In this document: one piece after another, positions 56,445 through 64,000 of the stretch
Position numbering within the stretch: position 1 is the first letter of the stretch
Layout of the letters: the number at the start of each line of letters is the position of its first letter
Assembly: GCA_041497115.1 (NCBI GenBank)
Contig: JBGQFW010000002.1
Span: 20,476-84,475 of the forward strand
DNA length: 64,000 bases
Direction: 5' to 3'
Origin: Candidatus Methylomirabilia bacterium
GTDB taxonomy: Bacteria > Methylomirabilota > Methylomirabilia > Rokubacteriales > CSP1-6
Notes under the pieces: generated by a model
Databases searched by the model: none
Told to the model about the DNA's origin: nothing
What the model saw: only the letters and a program-made list of their open reading frames with translations
Position numbers and translations under genes: made by a program

Positions 56445-57527
56445 TCAGTACCGCTCGAAGAGGCGGCCCCACGGCGTGGCCGCGAAGTCGCGGATGCGCG
56501 CGCGGCCGACGGTCGGATACCAGAGCAGGTCGTGGTAGACGTTCGACGCGAACGGCGCCCACACGACGAGCGGCGAGTGCAGGAGCAGCCGCTTGAGCGG
56601 CCGCAGCGGCCCGCGGCGGATGAGCTGGTCGCCCCAGATGACCAGGCTCCGGCTGGTCGTGAACCCCATGTTCGTCTTCGCCGCGTCGGCGTCGCCGACG
56701 ATCTCGATCGCGCGCGGATCGGCCACGCCGAGGCCCCGCTCGTGGCACATCTTCAAGTAGGGAATCGCCAGCGGGTCGAACCCCATGATCGTCGCCGCGA
56801 TGGCGTCGATCGCCACCTGGTCAGCCGAGGCCAGGAGCAGGTTGCCCACGCGCGGGACCATCGTGCGCGGCCCGGCGCCGTCGCCCATCACGGTGCCGTC
56901 CATCACCGCGAACACGCCCGGGTGCAGCTCGCGCTGCATGTACATGAGGTCCACCATGACCTCGTGGATGAACTCGTGGGCGTAGTGGCGCACCTCCTTG
57001 AGCAGCCCGCCGAACGCGTTCTTGATCGCGCCGGTGGTCACGCTGTGTCCGTGCGTTTTCACCGTCGGGAAGTGGCAGACATTCTTCCCGACGTACATCT
57101 TCGGGATCTCGATGCCCTCGGGAAAGATCGTGTTCAGCTTCAGCAGCGGCGACGCGAACGGGTAGACGATCCATTCGACGTCGGGCAGCGGGATGAACGG
57201 CACGCCGTGGCGGCGCAGCACCGGCGCCCATTTGTTGTTGCGGCAGCCGGCGACCGGATCGGTGACGACGGTCTTGTTCTCGACGGGGAACAGACGCGCG
57301 CGGTCGTAGCCGTCCTCCACGAGCGTCGTCAGCACGCCGTCCACCTGCCACGGCTGGCTCGAGCACGCCGGGAAGTACTTCGTCCACGACAGGTTCAGCT
57401 TGAGGATCAGGTCGTGGTCGCGCGGGAGGACCTGGTCGTACTTCACCAGCCGCATCAGCCGGCCGTAGTCCTCCACCACGGTCTCGGGACGCGTGCGGAG
57501 GATCGCGACCTCGCTCTTCGCCATCAC
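56445..57527 (-). CDS. DUF362 domain-containing protein
   Basis: ILKLNLSW..., VKTHGHSVTTGAIKNAFGGL, MDGTVMGDGAGP..., and DQVAIDA. This pattern matches my recollection of the DUF362 family. Confidence 0.7.
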   Translation of the reverse strand: MMAKSEVAILRTRPETVVEDYGRLMRLVKYDQVLPRDHDLILKLNLSWTKYFPACSSQPWQVDGVLTTLVEDGYDRARLFPVENKTVVTDPVAGCRNNKWAPVLRRHGVPFIPLPDVEWIVYPFASPLLKLNTIFPEGIEIPKMYVGKNVCHFPTVKTHGHSVTTGAIKNAFGGLLKEVRHYAHEFIHEVMVDLMYMQRELHPGVFAVMDGTVMGDGAGPRTMVPRVGNLLLASADQVAIDAIAATIMGFDPLAIPYLKMCHERGLGVADPRAIEIVGDADAAKTNMGFTTSRSLVIWGDQLIRRGPLRPLKRLLLHSPLVVWAPFASNVYHDLLWYPTVGRARIRDFAATPWGRLFERY

Positions 57528-57533
57528 ATGATT

Positions 57534-58412
57534 CTACTCCACGCGCGTGCCGTAGATGATCAGCAGCACGGTGAGCAGCCACGCCAGCGTGTTCAGGAGC
57601 AGCGCGCGGTCGCGCACCACGATCTCCGACGGGTTGCCGCCCATGCGGCGGTGATAGAGCAGGTAGAGGTAGCGGAAGATTCCGTAGAGAACGAACGGCA
57701 GCGTGGCCGGCAACAGCTGGGTGTGGAACTTCGCCACCGTCTCCGGCGACATCGTGTAGAGCGCGTAGGCGGTCACCGCCGAGGCGGTGACGACGGCGAT
57801 CATCTGGTCGAGGAGGGCGGCGCTGTACTCGGCGAGGATGGGCCGGTGGCCGGCGGCGCCCTCCTCCAGCGCGAGCACCTCGTGCCGCCGCTTGCCGAGC
57901 GCGAGGAACAGCGCGAGGAGGATCGTGCAGATCAGGAGCCACCCCGAGATCGCGACGTCGATGGCCAGCGCGCCGGCCACCGCCCGCAGGACGAAGCCGA
58001 TGGCCACCACCAGCACGTCCACGATCACGATGTGCTTGAGCCACACCGAGTAGGCGGACAGGAGCACGACGTAGGCGAGCGCGGCCAGCGCGAAGCGCGG
58101 CGACAGCCGCACCGCCAGCGCCAGGCCGACGGCGACGAGGACGATCGCCGCCGCCACCGCCGGCCCCGGCGCCAGCCGCCCGGCGGCGATGGGACGCGTG
58201 CGCTTGTCGGGGTGCAGCCGGTCCTTCTCCCGATCGGCGACGTCGTTGAGCAGGTAGACGGCGCCGGAGAGCCCGCAGAAGATCGCGAACGCGGCGAGCG
58301 CCGGCCACACCGACGGCGTGAACAGCCGCTGGGCGAAGATCAGCCCGGCGAGCACGAACAGGTTCTTGACCCACTGCTGCGGCCGCAGCGAGACGAGGAC
58401 GGCGGTCAGCAT
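57534..58412 (-). CDS. UbiA-family prenyl-phosphate phosphoribosyltransferase (decaprenyl-phosphate PRPP transferase-like)
   Basis: LRPQQWVKNLFVLAG, LLNDVADREKDRLHPDKRTRPIAAG, and multiple TM helices. Confidence 0.85.
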   Translation of the reverse strand: MLTAVLVSLRPQQWVKNLFVLAGLIFAQRLFTPSVWPALAAFAIFCGLSGAVYLLNDVADREKDRLHPDKRTRPIAAGRLAPGPAVAAAIVLVAVGLALAVRLSPRFALAALAYVVLLSAYSVWLKHIVIVDVLVVAIGFVLRAVAGALAIDVAISGWLLICTILLALFLALGKRRHEVLALEEGAAGHRPILAEYSAALLDQMIAVVTASAVTAYALYTMSPETVAKFHTQLLPATLPFVLYGIFRYLYLLYHRRMGGNPSEIVVRDRALLLNTLAWLLTVLLIIYGTRVE

Positions 58413-58422
58413 CTCGCGTCGG

Positions 58423-59733
58423 CTAGAGCCGTATCACGTTGGCCGGCGGAGGCCGCAGCCCTCCGGTCGCGTTGCGGGTGTCGATGACGAGGCGGGCGGC
58501 GCCGGCGATCGCCGGCCAGTCGTAGGCGGCGTGCGCGGTGAGCACGAGCACCACATCCCAGGCGGCGAGGTCGAGCGTGCGCCAGTCGAGCGAGTCGACG
58601 CGACCACCGTTGACGGTGATCGACGGCACGCGCGGATCGTGGAAGGCCACGCGGGCGCCCTTGCTCTGGAGGGTGTCGAAGATCTCCAGCGCCGGCGAGT
58701 CGCGCGTGTCGGCGACGTTCGGCTTGTAGGCGACGCCGAGGATGAGGACGCGGGCGCCCTTCACCGCGCGCTCGCGCTCGTTGAGCGCGTCGGTCACGAG
58801 CTGGACGACGTACTCGGGCATGCGCCGGTTGATCTCGTCGGCGAAGGTGATGAAGCGCGGCTCGTAGCCCGCCAGCCGCACCTTCCAGGACAGGTAGTAG
58901 GGATCGGAGGGCAGGCAGTGGCCGCCCAGCCCGGGCCCCGGATAGAACGGCATGAAGCCGAACGGCTTGGTGGCGGCGGCGCCGATCACCTCCCACACCG
59001 ACAGCCCGAGCTTGCGGCACATGATCGCGAACTCGTTGACGAGCGCGATGTTGACCGAGCGGAACGTGTTCTCGAACAGCTTGACCATCTCGGCCGTCTG
59101 CGGGCTCGACACCGGGACGACCGTCGTGATGCGCGCGTAGAGCGCCGCCGCCAGCTCGCCGCAGGCCGGCGTGAAGCCGCCCACCACCTTGGGGATGTCG
59201 CGCAGCGTGTAGCGCGTGTTGCCGGGATCGATCCGCTCCGGCGAGAAGGCCAGGAAGAAGTCCTCGCCGGCGACCATCCCGCGCGCCTCGAAGCGCGGCC
59301 GCAGCACCTCCTGGGTCGTGCCCGGATAGGTCGTGGACTCCAGCACCACGAGCTGGCCGGGACGGATGATGGCGGCCACCGCGTCGGCCGCGGCGACGAT
59401 GAACGAGATGTCGGGCTCCTTCGACTTGCTGAGCGGCGTCGGCACGCAGATGACGATGGCGTCGCAGTCCTTCAGCGCGGCGATCTCCTCGGCGGCGCCC
59501 AGCCGGCCGCTCGCCACCAGCGCCGCCAGCGACGCCGCCGGCACGTCCTCGATGAAGCTGCGGCCCGCCCGCAGCGCGGCGACCCGCCCGGCGTCCACGT
59601 CGACGCCGATGACGTGGGCGCCCGAGTCGGCGAAGGCCACCGCCAGCGGCAGCCCGACGTAGCCCAGGCCGATGATGCCGATGGTCGGCGTGGCCGCCAG
59701 CCGCGCGCGCAGCGTCCGGGCCGTCTCGCTCAT
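58423..59733 (-). CDS. Nucleotide-sugar dehydrogenase (UDP-GlcNAc/ManNAc 6-dehydrogenase-like)
   Basis: IGIIGLGYVGLPLA Rossmann motif, catalytic GGHCLP, and KLFENTFR. Confidence 0.9.
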   Translation of the reverse strand: MSETARTLRARLAATPTIGIIGLGYVGLPLAVAFADSGAHVIGVDVDAGRVAALRAGRSFIEDVPAASLAALVASGRLGAAEEIAALKDCDAIVICVPTPLSKSKEPDISFIVAAADAVAAIIRPGQLVVLESTTYPGTTQEVLRPRFEARGMVAGEDFFLAFSPERIDPGNTRYTLRDIPKVVGGFTPACGELAAALYARITTVVPVSSPQTAEMVKLFENTFRSVNIALVNEFAIMCRKLGLSVWEVIGAAATKPFGFMPFYPGPGLGGHCLPSDPYYLSWKVRLAGYEPRFITFADEINRRMPEYVVQLVTDALNERERAVKGARVLILGVAYKPNVADTRDSPALEIFDTLQSKGARVAFHDPRVPSITVNGGRVDSLDWRTLDLAAWDVVLVLTAHAAYDWPAIAGAARLVIDTRNATGGLRPPPANVIRL

Positions 59734-59737
59734 GACC

Positions 59738-60832
59738 TCACAGTCCCTCCACCGCCGTCCGCACCGCCGCGGCCACCGCGTCGGCCTCGGCGTCGGTCAG
59801 CTCGGGATAGCACGGCAGCGACAGCACCTCGCGGGCCGCCCGCCACGCCTCCGGCCACTCGGCGGCGGGCACGCCGAACATCGGCTGGTCGGGCACCGCG
59901 CGCGGGTAGTGCACCATCGTGCCGACGCCGAGGTCGGCCAGCCGCCGGGCCAGCTCGTCGCGCTTGGGATGGCGCACGGTGAACACATGATAGATGTGGC
60001 GGGCCCGCGCGTGCTCGACGGGCAGCCCGAGCGGCAGCCCGGCCAGCCGCTCGCGATAGCGCGCGGCCAGCCGGCGGCGCGCGTCGGTCCACCCGTCCAG
60101 CCGCTCGAGCTTCACCCGCAGCATCGCCGCCTGCACCTCGTCCAGCCGGCTGCAGTAGCCCAGCTCCACGTGCTCGTAGCGCCCGGCGTCGCCGTGGTGA
60201 CGCAGGCGGCGCGCGTGCGCGGCGATGTCGTCGCGGCCGGTCACCAGCATGCCGCCGTCGCCGCAGGCGCCGAGGTTCTTCGTCGGATAGAAGGACAGGC
60301 ACGCGACGTCGCCCCAGCCGCCGACCGGGCGGCCGTCCCACCGGGCGCCGATCGCCTGGGCGGCGTCCTCCACCACCGCGATCCCGCGCGCGCGGGCGAT
60401 CGCCACGATGCGGTCGATGGGCGCCGGGTGGCCGTAGAGGTGGACGGCGACGATCGCGCGCGTGCGCGGGGAGAGGGCGCGCTCGAGCGCGGCCGGGTCG
60501 AGGGCGAGCGTGGCCGGATCGACGTCCACGAACACCGGCGTGGCGCCCGCCATCACGATCGTCGAGGCCGAAGCCACGAACGAGAACGCGGGCGTCACCA
60601 CCTCGTCGCCGGGGCCGACGCCCACCGCGGCCAGCGCCAGCCGCAGCGCGTCGGTGCCGGAGCCGACGCCCACGCCGTGGCGCACGCCGCAGCGACCGGC
60701 CAGCTCGGCCTCCAGCGCCGCGCCCTCGGGGCCCAGCACGAACCGGCTGGAGGCCAGCACGCGGTCCACCGCGCCCAGCAGCTCCGCGCGCAGCGCCGCG
60801 TGCTGCCGGGTCAGGTCGAGGAACGGGATCAT
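59738..60832 (-). CDS. DegT/DnrJ/EryC1/StrS-family PLP-dependent sugar aminotransferase
   Basis: MIPFLDLTRQHAALRAEL, GSGTDAL, and SFYPTKNLGACGDGG (PLP Lys). ATGA overlap with the lptD stop. Confidence 0.9.
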   Translation of the reverse strand: MIPFLDLTRQHAALRAELLGAVDRVLASSRFVLGPEGAALEAELAGRCGVRHGVGVGSGTDALRLALAAVGVGPGDEVVTPAFSFVASASTIVMAGATPVFVDVDPATLALDPAALERALSPRTRAIVAVHLYGHPAPIDRIVAIARARGIAVVEDAAQAIGARWDGRPVGGWGDVACLSFYPTKNLGACGDGGMLVTGRDDIAAHARRLRHHGDAGRYEHVELGYCSRLDEVQAAMLRVKLERLDGWTDARRRLAARYRERLAGLPLGLPVEHARARHIYHVFTVRHPKRDELARRLADLGVGTMVHYPRAVPDQPMFGVPAAEWPEAWRAAREVLSLPCYPELTDAEADAVAAAVRTAVEGL

Positions 60833-62994
60833 TTCGCGTTCGCCGCGCCGTCGATCGCGCCGAGCCCGATCGAGGTCCGGAACGGCCCGCCCACGCCGAG
60901 CAGGTTGAGCCCGATCGCGAACTCGTCCTCCTGGCGCCCCGAGCGGTGGACGAACTCGAGGGTGAGCGCCCAGCACTGGAACCGGATGTCGCTGCTCACC
61001 CGGCTCTCCACGAAGGTGCCGGTGCGGGCATCGAAGGCGTTCGTGTTGCGCAGCACGAAGTAGCGCGACAGCTCGACCTCCAGCCCGGTGGTGAGGAAGT
61101 TGATCTTGCCCGGGTCGCTGTAGCGGGTGCCGACCGAGAGCGTCAGCGGCACCGGATCGAAGCGCAGCGAGAGGTCGGCCGTCGCGGCGTCGATGCCCTG
61201 GCCGCGCACGCTGTGGCTGATGTCGCCGCGGAAGCGGAGGCGCTGCGCCGGCAGCGGCTCCACGATCAGCGTGCCGAAGATGCTCCCGGGCTGCTGCGCG
61301 CGCAGGTCGTAGATGTGACCGACCGCGAAGCGCAGCAGCTCCCAGCGCACCGTCTCGGTGTCGGGCAGCGTCACCGTGCGCGCGCGGACGCGGTTGGTCA
61401 GCGAGTAGACGATCTGGCTGGTGTCGGGGATGCGGTCCACGCCCTCCGTCCAGATCGGCAGGCGCGTCTGCTCCTTGCCGGTGATCCAGAGATATTGCAC
61501 GCGCGGCTCGATGGTGTGCAGCAGCCCGTCGATGCCCCAGGTGCCGCCGGTCGAGTAGGTGCGCGCGAGGCTCGTCTCGATGTCGGTGCCCGCCTCGGCG
61601 AGCCGCCGCAACCGCCCCTGGTTGTCGGTCACCTCGAGGGAGCCGTTCACGCCGCGGGTGGTGCGGGAGCCGACGACCGTCTTGTCGTACGCGGTGAGGC
61701 GCCCCCCCACGAACGGCGTCACGGTGAAGAGGCCGTCCACCGAGAACGGCCGCGAGATGCGCGGGTGGACGTCCAGCCGCTGGCCCGACGAGCCGACCTC
61801 GCGGACGAAGTCCACGTAGCTGGTGTCGAGCTCGTAGAGGAACCCCGGCAGCCCCGGGATCGGCTGCCGCACCGCCTGCAGATTGAGGTCGGGCAGGCGC
61901 CGCAGCTCCACTCCGCGGGGCGTGGTGAGGTCCTGGTAGCTGAACGCGTTGCCGACGAAGTTCCAGGCCTCCCACGATTTGCTGAGGAACACGTTGGACT
62001 CGACGCGCTGGGCGCTGCGCTGCTGCAGGCGGTCGCCGTACTGCTTCAGCACGTTGTCGTCGGTGACGCCGTTGAGGTCCACCTTGACCGAGAACCCGGG
62101 CTCGAGGAGCCAGTCGTGGCGCAGGCTCCCCTGGCCGCGGGTCGCGTCGTGGCGGGCGGTCTCCTGCATGAGGAAGCCGCTCTCGCTGCCGCGCTGGTCG
62201 GGCGACAGCACGTAGCGGTTCTCGAAGCTGAACCCCTCGCCGAGCTTGGAGTACGTGATCGGCGCGAAGGTCGCGTCGGCACTATCGGAGATCGCCCAGT
62301 AGAACGGCACCTCCGCCGAGAAGCCCTTGCGCCCCGAATCGCCGACCTTGGGGAAGAGGAAGCCGGTCTGGCGCTCGCGGCGGATGGCGGCGGCGAAGAA
62401 CGGGACGAACGGGATCAGCGGGATGTCCTTGACCCAGAACGACGCGTCGGTGCCGTAGACGAAGTCCTCGAGATCGGCGACGCCCGAGCCGAACCGGAAG
62501 GACCACGTCGGCGAATCGTCCTCGCACGTCGTGAACACGCCGCGGCGGACCTTGTAGACGCTCTCGCCCAGCCGGTCCATGCGCTCGCCGGCGATGCGGT
62601 AGTAGGGCGCCACCCGCGCGTCGGAGTCGTAGACGACGCCGGTGCCGGTCTTGAGGTTGTAGTCGATGCGTCGGCCGGTCAGTTGGTCCTCGCCGTCGTA
62701 GAACACGACCCGGCCCTGGGCCACCGCGTCGCCCGTCTCGCGGTTGATCTCCACCCGGTCGGCCATGAGCCGCGACCGCCCCTTGGTGATCTCCACGTTC
62801 CCGGTCGCCACCAGCAGCCGATCGGCCCCGACCTCCTCCAGCCGGTCGGCCAGGATGGTCACGTCACCCCCGGCCGCGTCCACGGTGACGGGGACCTGGG
62901 GCACCGGCGTCTGGGCGGCCGACACGCCCGCCAGGCCAACCGCCCCCAGGAGGGCGGCCACCAGCCCCAGCGCGATGCGATTTCGCGTTCTCAA
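60829..62994 (-). CDS. lptD: LPS-assembly protein LptD
   Basis: Signal peptide, OstA-like N-terminal domain (ILADRLE...ATGNVEI...ADRVEIN), and a large beta-barrel (TGFLFPKVG..., FYWAIS). TTG start at 62994. Confidence 0.9.
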   Translation of the reverse strand: MRTRNRIALGLVAALLGAVGLAGVSAAQTPVPQVPVTVDAAGGDVTILADRLEEVGADRLLVATGNVEITKGRSRLMADRVEINRETGDAVAQGRVVFYDGEDQLTGRRIDYNLKTGTGVVYDSDARVAPYYRIAGERMDRLGESVYKVRRGVFTTCEDDSPTWSFRFGSGVADLEDFVYGTDASFWVKDIPLIPFVPFFAAAIRRERQTGFLFPKVGDSGRKGFSAEVPFYWAISDSADATFAPITYSKLGEGFSFENRYVLSPDQRGSESGFLMQETARHDATRGQGSLRHDWLLEPGFSVKVDLNGVTDDNVLKQYGDRLQQRSAQRVESNVFLSKSWEAWNFVGNAFSYQDLTTPRGVELRRLPDLNLQAVRQPIPGLPGFLYELDTSYVDFVREVGSSGQRLDVHPRISRPFSVDGLFTVTPFVGGRLTAYDKTVVGSRTTRGVNGSLEVTDNQGRLRRLAEAGTDIETSLARTYSTGGTWGIDGLLHTIEPRVQYLWITGKEQTRLPIWTEGVDRIPDTSQIVYSLTNRVRARTVTLPDTETVRWELLRFAVGHIYDLRAQQPGSIFGTLIVEPLPAQRLRFRGDISHSVRGQGIDAATADLSLRFDPVPLTLSVGTRYSDPGKINFLTTGLEVELSRYFVLRNTNAFDARTGTFVESRVSSDIRFQCWALTLEFVHRSGRQEDEFAIGLNLLGVGGPFRTSIGLGAIDGAANAK

Positions 62995-62999
62995 GTGTC

Positions 63000-63050
63000 T
63001 CGAAAACCCTCGTCACAAAAGAGTCTCCATGCTATCAGCGGGGTTTTCGA
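63000..63050 (-). promoter_or_regulatory. A/U-rich 10-bp stem-loop spanning the folC stop and ending 5 nt upstream of the lptD TTG start
   Basis: tcgaaaaccc (63000-63009) is the exact reverse complement of gggttttcga (63041-63050). The loop is 31 nt. The 3' arm covers the only purine-rich SD-like GAGGG. Confidence 0.35.
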
Positions 63051-64000
63051 CCCGGCAAGGTTTATCGCCCTCCGGGCCCGTCCGGAGCGCGTCGCCGACG
63101 AGCGAAAGCGAGCCGGCCACACAAAGGATGGGGGTGCCCGGCTCGGCCTCGGCGATCGCTAGTGCCTCGCCCACCGAGGAGGCGAGCGTGACCGGCAGCC
63201 CGGGGGGGACCAGCCCCGCCAGCTCCGCCGGCGCCGCCGCCCGGGGGTTGGCCGACGCGGTCAGGACCAGCTTCCGCGCCCGGCCCACCAGGGGGGCCAG
63301 GATCCCGGCGGCGTCCTTGTCGCGCAGCACGCCCAGGACGAAGACGGTCGGGGCGTCGCCGAAGTAGGCGTGCAGCGACTGCGCGAGCGCACGGGCGCCG
63401 GCCGGGTTGTGGGCGCCGTCGAGCACGAGCCAGCCGCCGCCGGGCCGCGGCCGCACGTCGAAGCGGCCGGGCCACCGCGCGCGCGCAAGCCCTGCGCGGA
63501 TCGCGCGCTCGCCCGCGCCGAGCTCGCGCGCGGCGGCGACGGCCAGGAGCGTGTTGCCGGGCTGCCAGGTGCCGAGCAGCCGGATGGCGAGGTCGTCGAG
63601 CCGCCAGCCGGGGCCCGCGCAGTCCAGCCGCTGCCCCTGCAGGCTGCGCGCGCGGAGCGCGACGGACAGCTCGCGCCCCTCGCACAGCAGCGGCACGCCG
63701 ACGGCCGCGGCGCGGGCGGCGATGACCGCCGCCGCCTCCGGCGCCTGGGCGGCCGAGATCGCGACGCCCGCGCGCACGATGTGGGCCTTGTCGGTGGCGA
63801 TCTCACGCAGGGTGGAGCCGAGGTACTCCTGGTGATCGAGGTCGATCGAGGTGAGCACGCTGACCGCGGGCGTGCCGACCGTCGTGGAGTCGAAGCGGCC
63901 GCCGAGGCCGACCTCCAGCACCGCCACCTCCACGCCCTCGCGCGCGAAGTGGTCGAGAGCCAGCGCCGTCGCCGCCTCGAAGAGGCTGGCGTCCAGCCGG
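63013..64000 (-). CDS. folC: Bifunctional folylpolyglutamate synthase / dihydrofolate synthase, C-terminal part (5' end outside the window)
   Basis: VAVLEVGLGGRFDST, TSIDLDHQEYLG, and WPGRFDV...VLDGAHNP. The frame stays open upstream to the window edge. Confidence 0.9.
   Translation of the reverse strand, partial: RLDASLFEAATALALDHFAREGVEVAVLEVGLGGRFDSTTVGTPAVSVLTSIDLDHQEYLGSTLREIATDKAHIVRAGVAISAAQAPEAAAVIAARAAAVGVPLLCEGRELSVALRARSLQGQRLDCAGPGWRLDDLAIRLLGTWQPGNTLLAVAAARELGAGERAIRAGLARARWPGRFDVRPRPGGGWLVLDGAHNPAGARALAQSLHAYFGDAPTVFVLGVLRDKDAAGILAPLVGRARKLVLTASANPRAAAPAELAGLVPPGLPVTLASSVGEALAIAEAEPGTPILCVAGSLSLVGDALRTGPEGDKPCRVENPADSMETLL

Noticed and set aside
54781-56596. Plus-strand ORFs through the repeat units (54781..55023 and 54962..56596, MAPRPPTLGRAPAQPWRAS...).
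   Set aside because: They are created by the repeat itself and then run antisense to gltX. They have no RBS and a low-complexity composition.

Overview
This is a very GC-rich bacterial chromosomal segment (about 70% GC by eye, not computed). LptD and LolA point to a diderm, and lipobox lipoproteins are frequent. The phylum cannot be assigned from sequence alone. About 60 CDS are supportable, and most are housekeeping: alaS, recA/recX, rimO, ftsK, rnj, rsmA, coaE, polA, glnE, glnB, gltX, lptD and folC. Packing is extremely tight. I saw no rRNA, tRNA, CRISPR array, transposase or prophage. The large opposite-strand ORFs in the track are high-GC artefacts.

The most notable observations are:
- A 147-aa mini-intein interrupts RecA. 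A clear recX follows it but is absent from the ORF track because it has no ATG/GTG/TTG start.
- A roughly 75-nt two-hairpin repeat family sits at the only two loose junctions of a roughly 25-kb gene train whose other junctions are short or overlapping. One copy is tandemly duplicated together with a gene start codon, which creates a coupled uORF.
- A lipoprotein operon is built around an exported TPR-CHAT (caspase-like) protease flanked by two tiny lipoproteins.
- Two more genes appear to start at non-canonical codons that sit in the same 4-nt stop/start overlap geometry used by about ten canonical junctions (CTGA, ATAG).
- An MFS transporter has an in-frame TAG followed by 56 coding-like codons.
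- A 9-bp x5 tandem repeat lies upstream of an extradiol dioxygenase.
- A siroheme nitrite/sulfite reductase is fused to a Rieske domain, with siroheme synthesis genes downstream.
- A sugar/polyprenyl-phosphate cluster is translationally coupled to lptD.

All calls come from reading the translations and sequence by eye. No searches or computations were run.
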